64,000 nt of DNA from Chlorokybus atmophyticus. Lineage: Eukaryota > Plantae > Mesostigma and Chlorokybus algae. Below the pieces are notes generated by a model. It was not told the origin of the DNA, ran no database searches, and worked only from the letters and a program-made list of their open reading frames with translations. A program made the translations under genes and the position numbers. The stretch is from contig RHPI01002368.1 of assembly GCA_009103225.1 (NCBI GenBank), positions 165,453 through 229,452 of the forward strand, written 5' to 3'. Numbering within the stretch: position 1 is the first letter of the stretch; each line of letters begins with the position of its first letter. Below are positions 53,101 to 64,000 of the stretch, in pieces.

Positions 53101-54455
53101 GTGCAGGTAAGGTGGGACGAGAGGGCGGGGAAGCATGTGCTCGTGAGGCCGCGGCACCCGCTGTGGGCCGCGGTGTCGATGGGCCTGCTGACGGAGGTCG
53201 TCAATGCGCGCCTATTCACCACAGTACGTGACGCCATGGGCCTCACATACGACGTCGGCTTCGAGCTCTCTTTATTCGACCGCCTCAACACTGGATGGTA
53301 CGGCCATATGTGTGTGTGCGTGCGGGTGTTCGCATATGCATATGTACGTGCGTACACACGCACATACACACCCAGCACACGCACGCACGCATGTGTGCGT
53401 GCGTGCCTGTTAGTGCATCTATGCGTGCATGCTTGTGTGCGTGCGTGTTGCATGTGTATGCACACGCTTTCCATAGGCGTGTAATTGTGTAGTCTGTGCC
53501 TCTTTACTTATGCATTTCGTATCCTTTGTGTCAGGTTTGTGGTGAGCGTGACGTCGACGCCAGCAAAGATCGAGGAGGCGCTCCAGGCGTCTGTTTCGGT
53601 GCTGAGGGGCATCAAGTCGAGCCCCGTGACGCACCGCGAGCTCGAGCGCGCCAAACGCACCCTACTCACGCGCCACGAGAGCGACCTCAAGGACAACAAT
53701 TACTGGCTGGGCCTCCTCACACACCTCCAGGTGCGCGAGATAGAGAGAGAGCGTGTGTGTGTGTTTGTGACGAGGTTGTTTGTATGGCTGGCAGCAGACC
53801 AAATGCAATGGTTGTCATTCGAGCACTCACTTGTTGACTGCATGGTTGGTGTTTGGACTGATCAACTGTCTGATGACTCACTCTCTGTTTCGCTCACCCT
53901 ACTTTTCATTGATTGACAGACCATTCATTGGGTCATCAGTTTGAATGCGTGCAGTGGTCATGAATTGAAACCGTGAAATTGACTGGTTGCTGTCTCAGGC
54001 GGACTCGGTGCCGAGGAAGAGTGTCGGTTGCGTGCGCGACATGCCGTGGCTCTATGAGAATGCCACAGTGCAGGACGTTCAGGAAATGTGAGTTTGCCGC
54101 TTGTGGCCCCGCCCCGCCCCAACAACAACATGCACATGCATGTTACGTTTTGTCAAATGTCTCAGTCTGTGCGGGTTAGATGTAAACTTGCTTGATACTG
54201 TGCAGTTACGACGCATTGGATTTGAGGGATGAGGCCATCTTCACGAGCGTGGGTGTGGCGGGGCGGCGAGATCCTAGCGACGCCGGCGACATCGACCCGG
54301 CGGACTTTGTTGATGCGCAACGCATTGATGAGGAGATTGGCGATGATCTCGAGGACGACGTGAACACCCCACATCTCGACGCCTTCCCGGGGGCGATGAC
54401 GTCGCATGGGCGCGGGCGGTCAATGGTGACTCTGCCTACCACCGATGCGTTGTAA
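44904..54455 (+). CDS. SPP: Chloroplast stromal processing peptidase (M16 metalloprotease), many exons
   Basis: Ser/Ala/Arg-rich transit-peptide exon 44904-45079. Inverted Zn motif in GLAHLIEHVTFLGSRKRERLLGTGGRSNAYTDFHHTVF. Further conserved exons include IEKERRAVLSELQ, MMNTMEYRVDCQLL, YFPANATLFLVGD, LHNGIKVNYK, RLFTTVRDAMGLTYDV and NNYWLGLLTHLQ. The C-terminus is GRGRSMVTLPTTDAL* (TAA 54453-54455). Confidence 0.94.
45087..45162. repeat. Pentamer microsatellite (GGCTT/GGCCT)n in SPP intron 1
   Basis: TGGCCTGGTCTGGC...GGCTTGGCTTGGCTTGGCTTGG. A similar (GGCCA)n tract lies at ~20925-20970. Confidence 0.8.
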
Positions 54456-55589
54456 TGATTGTGTTGGGTGATTTGGGCAACCCCTTTTGTTCATAACAGA
54501 TGTAGCACATTGTTTTGGTTTAGTTGATGAGTTGAGCGCGATTGCATAATGAATGTGCATTGCGGTGTTGACATTGTGTTGACAAGGTGAATGGCCCCCT
54601 CCCTTTTCCAGCCCCTGCCAAGTTTAAACAGGTTGTTGAGCACTCGAGCATGCACGTCGTCTGAATGTAGGTCGTGTTTGCCTTTAAGCCTTCATTGTCA
54701 AAATGCTTGAGTTCAATGTGTGCTTTCTTAGTTGATAAGTGCAAATCGGTCATGCGCTTCATTGCACTACTTTCATAACATAATGTCACCGGCATGATTA
54801 AGGACGTTGGGAAATCATGCAATGCACACCCTATTATAAATGTTTGTACTCCAGTTGCAGAGTACAGTACGCCATAAGAGGAGAAATAGGAGGCAGTGCA
54901 CATTTGAGAGGACCTGCCCGTTGATGCATGGGTCAACCTTTTATGCACCTTGCTTATATCGCTGTCATTGCGCCAAGGATGTTAACCGAGGGGCTGATGT
55001 GTGCCAAAACAGGACAAAAACGGAACCTGATGGCGCAGAACAAACAACAATTCCCACGGCTGTGTATTGACTACAAGCGGTGAGCTGCAATGCTGTGCAG
55101 CACAGCTACTCACTGCAAAGGGGGGTGCCCATGCACAGAGCACTCGTTCTTGAGACATGTAGGACCGGCACTTGTGTTGTCCAAGTTGTCGTGCACCACG
55201 TGCGGGTAGCAATGTTAGCAACGGCAATGGTGCAGCAGCAGCGGTTCCACAATAATGCAGTGCGACAGCCCTTCTCCCTCTCCTCCTTCTCTCCCTCACC
55301 CCGCTCCTCTCTCTCCACCTCCCTCCTCTTCCTGTCACCGTCGCACCCTTGTGTCGCAGCCGCTGTAACCCTTGTGCGTAGCTGAGTTGAGCGCAGGCAG
55401 AGCGGCGGCGGTTCTGTGCGTGAGAGTGAGTGCATCGAGTGCTGCCAACAGCAAGCGCTCAGCTCTCTGGTGTGAGATTGTCGTCGCAGCAGCGGCGGCA
55501 AGATGGCTTACTCAACATTGAAGCAGGTGACCAGCTGCTTGCCCTTGACTGAGGCAGGCGTTTCGTATGAATGCTCGACGTGCATGCAG

Positions 55590-56185
<596 letters not shown>

Positions 56186-56195
56186 GACCTCCAAG

Positions 56196-58570
56196 TGCTG
56201 TCCTCTCACCTTGTGACAGCCCCCAACGACGCCAACGACAACGTCCATGACAACGAAATAGTCCATGTGCAGCTGGCTCACATCGACACGCAGTACCCAG
56301 TGCGCAACCTCATCGCCACCGCCCTTTTTGTGTTCCCTCTCCTCGAGAACAACGAGGGTGAGAACAACAGTGTCATTGATGGAGAGAGGATGGTCGAGGC
56401 ACTGCACAACCTTGTAGCCGCCAACCCAATGCTTGCCGGCAGGTGTGACACAACATTACCACTTGTGCATATATTCATACTCATGCCAACCAACAACAGT
56501 CGCACACCAACATGTCCGCAGGTTTGCTACAGGAGGGCGTGCGGTAGCGTACGAATGTGGGTCTCCCTTTTGTCATACAGCAGTGGCCTTCTGGCAAGCT
56601 CGATGCGTTCCCTGCATGCATCAAGGCTCGGCAGACAGAGATTGCCCATGATGAGGGCGCCATGCTTGCTCCCAGCCTGCCCCTTGTCCAAGATATCAAC
56701 GTACGTGGGGCCTATTGTGATAATGTGTGTATCTGTATGCAAGCTTGCACGTGCGTGTACAGGTGTGCCTGCGCCCATGTGTGGGCTCGCATGTGTGCGC
56801 ACCGCGCACACATGCGAGCGCACGGGTGTTTACAGATACGTGTGCATGTGTGCAGACTGATGCACACAAAGTTGACATGCTGAACACAGTTGGGTGATGG
56901 GGCCAGCGTGGTAGGCTTCACTGTCTCCCACGTCATTGCCGATGGCGGCCCGTATCACCAACTCATGACTGATATCTGCACCGCATACCACGGTGACCTT
57001 GTTGTGAACCAGCTTGTGTTGAGGACGACTGTTCTGTTGCTGCGAACTTCAACTTTTGGTGATATGGAACAACAGGGCGTGAGATACAGATGGGAGCTTA
57101 CGTGGACCGCTCCAGCCTTGATTATGAGAACATTTTGGCATGTGTTGAAGGCGAGGAAGCTCGCGCTCAAGTGCTTGCTGACGTTGAAAATGCAAAAGCT
57201 GCCCTGCGCTTTGAAGTAACTTAGCAGAGAATGAACTCAGCGATTGACAAAGGTGCATGTCAGTGATTGTGTGCTTGTCACTGGCTGGCAGGTGATGAAG
57301 ATAGCAGACTCACCAGCTAACAACACACTGCACTCGGTCTCTCAAAAGATAAGCTTTCATATGGAACCCCAAACCCCTCTGCGCCTCCTGTGGACGTGGC
57401 AGCACACGCTGTTGAGTGTCTGCGCATACCCAAAGCTGCTGTAATTGTAGATGTGTTTGTGCATGTGCATCCAAAGCAGGTAAACTGGTGGATGCGCGTG
57501 CGCGCGCGGGTGCATATCCCTGTGTGCGCATGTGCATCGTCAACAGCAGTGTTGTCCTAGCAACTTGTGCTCATATTTTGCATGCAATCAGTTGGACACC
57601 TTGAAGGCGGGTGTACGTGCTCGTGCCACCGCAGCGGGCTTCAACCCGCTGCATGTGGAGGTGTTGGCCAACAATGACGTGGTTTCTGCCCTGCACTGGA
57701 TGATCAGACTGCAAATGTATGGTTGGCCCCTGCCAGGAGAGAAGAAGGAGACGAAGGTGAGGGCTGTCATTGTATGATATCAGGACGATTAGTGCTCCAT
57801 GGCACTGGTCGGCTTGATGATGAGTGCATTGCAATCTGGCAGGTTCTGTACCGATCATAACGATAGATATCTCCCGCAGCTTGAAGGGCTTCAAGCTATC
57901 GGAAGGTTTCATGGGCGATGCAGTCATGGGAAATCCGGGCTGGTCCGGTGACTGACATTGAACATACCAACCCAAGAACCAATGACAAAGGAGTGGTACC
58001 TGTCTGTCCTTACACGCGCCGCCTGTTCAGTGCGCACAGGCCTGCATGCCGCCAGGAACCCGATATTCGTGGCGGTCAGCGCTGGCCTCTGGCCCGCTCT
58101 CCACTCGCCCGCAAACTGGCTAGCACAAAGGTCTGAGTCAATGTAGTCTGTCAGCAACGTCACCAACATGTACTCTGTTAGGAGCGCACACACGCACATG
58201 CAAACAGGTACGGCAGCTGCCTCCAGTGCGCGGCCTCATAACCAACTGGTGCGGATTCGATCTCTCACAGGTGAGGCCAACTGTACACTTGCACATCACG
58301 CTGTGACTCGCTCACCTCCCGTCTCATGCGCAGATGGATTTCGGCAGCGGGAAGCCGTCGCACGTGCTGGGTGGGGGCACGCGTCCGTGGGTTCCGGCTT
58401 CGTGCGTGGTGGCACCGCGCAATGTTGATGGCGGCGGAGTGTGCCTCATCATGACCGCGGACGAGCCACGCGCGTTCAGCGCGTGGAGAGCGAACGATGG
58501 TGATTGGGTGGAGCAGCTGGCACCTGGTCTAGATTGGCTTTTGAGCCTGACATTGTTCCTGACCTCGTGA
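56196..58570 (+). CDS. BAHD-family acyltransferase (Transferase domain); first exon uncertain (possibly ATG 55504)
   Basis: Catalytic HXXXD in VGFTVSHVIADG; ANNDVVSALHW; DISRSLKGFKLSEGFMGDAV; and ITNWCGFDLSQ spliced to MDFGSGKP, a DFGWG-motif variant. Stop at 58570. Confidence 0.8.
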
Positions 58571-58885
58571 CACGCGCACGCGTCCTGTTCAACTAGTTGC
58601 CAAAAACAAGTAGATCTCTCTGATCGCTTTTCCACACCAGGCTGCTCTAGTGACTTGAGCAGCTTTTCTTGTCTGTACCCAATGGCCCTTCACCACGGTC
58701 ACATGCCTGTTAACTCGCAACATCAGCCTTTACCACGCGTAAGTCACCTGTCCACCATGTCATGGCACGCAGTGTCCACGACAACTTCAGCACAAACCGG
58801 CATGCATGCTGATACGACGTCGGACGTTGTAGGCAGCTTGTACGCTTACCGATTGGTCAAATGGTAAGTGTGTGTCTGATGACAG

Positions 58886-59599
58886 CGGCAGAAAGGGCAA
58901 CAGCTGCCGTCAGCGATGACGGCAGCTGTAGTGCCGCAGTGCCTGTTGCGGAAGTTACAGCTAACCGCTATCTGGATCTGCACTTGTGGAGTGTTGTTGC
59001 AACAGTGAGCGAAACTTGAAAATTCAATTCACTATTGCAATGACGCTTCACACACTGCGTGAGTGACACGTATGCTGGCATACGCGCATCATGCATACAA
59101 ATGCATACAAATGCAATCTCAATTATACTGCGTACACACGTTGACGGGCGGGGGGTTCTGTGCAACTCATAGTGATGGACCTCTCCCGCAACCAAAAGGG
59201 TGTCAAGCTTTCAGAAGTTTGCTTCCTCAACGCGATGATGCTACTGTCGATTAGTCTGATATATAGGCACGAGCACGCGCACACACCCATGCACACGCAC
59301 ACCTATGCATACAGGTGTTGAAGCTGCCTCCAGTGCGCAGCTTTACAACCGACTGGTGCGGATATGACCTCTCCAAGGTGAGACCAACAATGTACCTTTG
59401 AGTTGCTCACCTTCCAGCCTATGCGCAGATGGGTTCTGGCAGCCGGCAGCAGGCGTACGTGCTAGGCGACATCATGCGTCCATGGAGTCCAACCCAGTGC
59501 ATTGCGGCGCCGTGTGATGTTAATGTGGATGGTGGGGGAGTGTGCCTCATCATGACGGTGGAGCAGCTGGCACCTAGTATGAGGTGGCTTACAGCATGA
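58886..59599 (+). pseudogene. Tandem, diverged duplicate of the 3' half of the BAHD gene
   Basis: AERATAA...EVTAN...LW, IVMDLSRNQKGVKLSE, VLKLPPVRSFTTDWCGYDLSK and MGSGSRQQAYVLG...RPW...GGGVCLIMTVEQLAPS each align to the preceding gene's exons. The last intron's splice sites are conserved. It lacks HXXXD, one internal exon and an intact DFGxG. Confidence 0.75.
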
Positions 59600-62500
59600 T
59601 ACTGTGAGTTTGTGTGTATGGCACGCACATGTGTGCTGCTGCCAGCAGAAACACCTGTACTGAACGCTGCCTTTCCACGAAAAGCAATATGGTCTCTCAG
59701 GCTTCTCTACTTGTGTGCGTGCCTTTGACCTGCTCATCAATGCGTGTTGACACACATTTGCTGTCACCTCGCAGCTTGCAGTGCGCGTCCATGCAGTGAA
59801 TGCATGTTGATGCAATCAGTAAGGTCCAGCCTGTACGTAGGTCACAGCAAACTCCTAAATGATGCAGAGCCAAAGGTTGTTCCATGGGAACACTGCGCCT
59901 TCAGGCTCGTGGCGCTCGCGTATTTCAAACACTCACCAGTGCATCCCCATATGGTGGCACGCAACTCGACAACAGCACAGTATCCAGCCATATATGCTGT
60001 CAACATATTATAATACGACCATGCAGGCAGCTGGTACAGTCACTTCCTTACGACATTCAGTAGAGCAACAGGGCGAAGCAGCACCTGCGACACTTTGTGG
60101 ACGGTCAGTATGCCACCGCTGGAGAAGCTCAAGTCTTGAGGCGCCCACCTGCTAGCACTGAGTTGTACATGTATCAAGCCAGCCTCTACATTGTTATTAG
60201 CACCAACTCACATATCTTGCAGAGCAGAAACCCTGCATGGAGGCAAGCTGGCCCCAGCATCGAACACTGGCTGATCATGATCAATTGACATCAAACTGGC
60301 ACAACTAAGAGATTGCCATGCTAACGTCAGGTACAAATGCTGAGTCTGTGCGTGAGCTTTTGTTTCGTTTGCTTGCGGGTCGCCACCATAAACAGCTGCG
60401 AAGTGCATACTGTCAATGGTCAGCAAAGCTTGTAAGTTTGCGATGTGGTGTTCCCCCAAGCGATGTTACCATGCGTTTCCAGAAACTATGCCGATACTGC
60501 GCCCAGTAGCATCAAAACTGGCACAGGTACCAACTGTTCCATTCGCCACACAGCTTCAGTAGCAGCTACTGCCTGGTTGTGCAATGCAGCGTGACGGAAT
60601 TGTTGTGGCAACACTCTGGCAACGCTTGGTGAGACTTCACAACAGTGGAAATGTAGCTACTTGCTGATGTTTAGCTCGCAGTAGCAAGCTTGGTGAGATC
60701 AGTGTCGTGGATGTTACTGCTACACTGACTCGAGCATGTACATACAATGTGGCGTGCAATGTATTGAAACCCCATGATACCAAGCAGAGCAGCGCTATGC
60801 TACTTTCTTGAGCAGAGGTTTGTTGACAGTTGTAGCGGATCATTTATAGTACACTCTCTTGCTACACTCTGCTGCTACTCTTGTTACACTCTCTGGCTTC
60901 AATCGACGCACGAAGGCAAACACTGAAGCAAGACAGCAACACCAACTTGCACAATCACACCGCTGACCTATTGTGGACCTGGGGTCTTCAAGTAAGAGAG
61001 CTATGCTTCCATGGCTGAAACGGCACTCTGTGCCTCAGCTAGTTTACTGCCGCCGCCGTCGCTTGCTCTCAGCTAAGCTGCGCAGGCCGCAAGCGGCTCT
61101 CAGCTCAAGTTGACTGTGCCACACAACGCCCGGTTGTGGTTGTGTGCTGGACTACAATGGCGCAGTGTGCATGCACTGAATGCCATGCACGGTAGCTTAG
61201 CTTTGCCTAAACACGTGCATGCATGCTGCTCAATGCCCGCATGTGAGAAAGGCTGCTGCGCCGCATGTGCGCATGCCACCACTGAGCCCTTTATCTCAAC
61301 CTCATCAGCGCCGAAGCCAGCTTGGGTCGTTTCTCTGAAAATAAAAGATACCCTATACCAAGAGTAGGTGACCGTTGGTGTTGATTGTACATGTATGCAT
61401 CCCGTGGACAGTACACAACACAGGTTGTATTGCACAACACAACGCGGGTTACACATGTTGACAGTATATGTCAATGAGTTGTCTTCGCGGTTTGCACAAG
61501 CTCGGTGCTTGTTGCGCCATATGAGTACACAGTCACAATCACTACAGTGTAGTGCGGTACGTCTTCCGCACGCCAAACCTACGCTGTGAATGTTTCTATA
61601 TGCATGTACTTCACCACATGCATAGTGGTGATTGACTTGGTATGGTCAAGGACAATGCCTTTCCAGCAGGTAAAGCAACTTGGCTGGCACCAGATGCCCT
61701 CAACCAGTTTGGGCGTTACAACTAGAGTTGCTGCATGTATCCTTGCTCCCTTGTCTGTTTGTTGGACGTTGCACTTGTTGGATCGGCAAAACACAATGTG
61801 AACATGTGTATGCATTGGCAGGGGCTACCTACATCGACCTCAGCGACGTCAACTACGCCCTCTACAGGTGGAAAAGGCAACACGTCTCTTGTGCTGCTAT
61901 TGACTCTTTTGCATGAACAGCACGCTTGATAACGTTTGCACACTCACACACGCACGAACAGACAACTGTATAGGGTATGTGAAGTGCTGTGTGATACACG
62001 CATACATATGCAACATGCACACCAACACCAACATGCGGGCGGAAGGCGAGACTCACTGCGGGGGCGGGCGTATCAGGCTCTTCCACTACTCCTTGTGTTA
62101 TGTCAACAACACGCACTTCAAGTCCATAATGGCAGTAAGTAGTAGCTACACACAAGTGCTGCCGCTCTATATGCATCACCAAAGTGAGGCAGTGACACCA
62201 GTCAAGCACCTGCGGGCGTTCGTGTATGGGAATTTTGCATGTCAACCGTCGAGTCTTTATGATGCAACACGGTTGCGGTGAAGCTGGACTCTACTTGTAG
62301 CTATTCTTGCGGTTGCACCCTCATGGACAATGTAATGACAGAGTTCAGTTCTCCTCCTCGTTGCATGACAAGACACGCTGCATGCGAATCTGTTCGTGTC
62401 TACAGGAGTATGTGCGTGTCTACGTGTGTGCGTGTGTATGTTGGATGTGCTCACATACTCTATGCTTCGGCAGAAAGCGATTTTCGCCTACACCAACATC

Positions 62501-63419
62501 AAGCTTGGTCGGGATTCTGCTGCTAAGACCTTCAATATTGTATGTATGACAACCACAAACATGTTTTTACCCCAGGCATCTAGAGGGAAAACACACATTC
62601 TTTACGCTTATGCAAATGCTGCAGGCTCTGCCTTGTAAAGCTTGGGTTTTCCCCAACTCACCAGCAGTGGTCTGCCCCCGGCCACCTCCACCCAGGTCTG
62701 AGCTCATATCCAACGTGGTGTGCATTGCTAATATATGCACGCAAATAGCAATCATACGTGGTGTGCATTGCCAATATATGCACGCTTGACTAGTTAAAAC
62801 GATCACAGTCGACAATCCTCTCTATGCACTTTGGGAAGAATTTGGCTAGCAACGCAAACCGCTGCTAACTTCCGGGGACTGCTTCAACAAACCAACTTCA
62901 GCTACGAGGCGTACATTTCATATTTCTTTCTGCCTTTCAAGGTAAAGTACTTCCACTCATGGGACAGGTGGCGAGTATGCTTGATTTGGCGCCTGAGGCG
63001 GCAACTTCCCGTGGTGTCAAGACTGGCAATAAGAAATCCTGAATGTTAGACAAACAATTCCTTCAATACATTGAAGTTATCCACTTCGTGTGCGTCGTTT
63101 GTGTGTAGGTGATGTCGAGCGCAAAAACTCTCATAAACTACTCTCACTCGCAGACATGTGCTCAATGCGCGAGGTAGCATCAACAATTTAACGAACAGCA
63201 ACTATCACAACGAAGAAACCGGGCTGATTGAACACTGCTACACAGTAAATGTGACATGCACATCTTTATGCGGACTATGAACTGGACGCTACACATGCAC
63301 TCTGAATGCCTACAGTGTAGTACATGCAGCGTTAGCTTTATTGTTGATCCGCCTGTGCGTACGACGCTTACAGCAGTCATGATTACGCAGTGATGTGCAT
63401 GGTAATACTTACAATGGAG

Positions 63420-63960
63420 TTACGACCAGCAAGGGCACGCCCTACTTCATGAACATGCCAGCTGCAAGCGGAGGTCAACATGACATTGAAACACAAGGCT
63501 AATGCATGCGCTGGATCGGCTTGAACCATGCATATATAAAGCTTGTTTAGTGTTGATGTCCATTGGTGACTCTTTCAGTCCAGCTCAGTTGCACGCTGGC
63601 AAAGTGCTTCAGTGCATACGCAAATACTGTGCATGCGGATGTATGCATTGCACTGGGCCGTCTTGAAGGCGAACAGATGCATCACTTACATAGCAAGCTG
63701 CATGAACAACCTCTTGTTACACAGTGAATACACGATGATATGCCTGTCAAGTCTCATCTCACAACTTGGCCTGCACCACGCGGCGTCGGGTGGCATTTGA
63801 CATGGGAATATCACTCATGGCATCTGCGTTCTTGCCCTGCTGAGCGCCGCTGCGGGAGTCCATTGGCGCATAATCTCGAAGCCACTCGCCAGTGTACCAC
63901 TGCAGCACAGTGTTTTCAGTGCTATGCCAACACAAATCCCGTCTGCATATTGTATACACA
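63420..63960 (+). pseudogene. Possible decayed ankyrin-repeat sequence
   Basis: Fragments in changing frames: YDQQGHALLH, YALHWAVLK, LGLHHAASGG, VLALLSAAAGV. Stops and frameshifts lie between them. Confidence 0.3.
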
Positions 63961-64000
63961 CCTCATCAACATCAACAACACTACCTGCTGCGGGCGCACG

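Overview
This is intron-rich eukaryotic nuclear DNA of the green lineage. A GapB with a CP12-like tail points to a GapB-bearing green alga or early streptophyte; that placement is inference. Spliced genes I could reconstruct by hand: an RFC3-like bacterial-type S6 protein (-) head-to-head with plastid GapB (+); a plant-type A_thal_3526-family protein (+) tail-to-tail with COM1/CtIP/Sae2 (-); an FRO ferric reductase (+); an uncharacterised IQ-motif protein with an EF-hand-like domain (-) head-to-head with stromal processing peptidase SPP (+); and a BAHD acyltransferase followed by a decayed duplicate of its own 3' half. The most unusual gene (about 1.6-7.2 kb) carries all SF2 helicase motifs in order, in forms resembling prokaryotic/giant-virus Z1-associated ATPases, yet has spliceosomal introns. 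The regions 16.6-24.8 kb and 29.7-35.8 kb are transposon graveyards. They hold two inverted, diverged copies of a Gypsy-like 3' end; one copy is interrupted by an organellar group II intron RT fragment and a 1.56-kb TIR element. Other patterns: many introns are GT-rich at the 5' end and CA-rich at the 3' end, GATATC is strongly enriched in certain exons, and several GC-AG donors are candidates. The assembly has three N gaps and a probable mis-join that deletes part of a GapB exon. I found no rRNA, tRNA or CRISPR. Most ORFs in the supplied track are intron, microsatellite or antisense artefacts.
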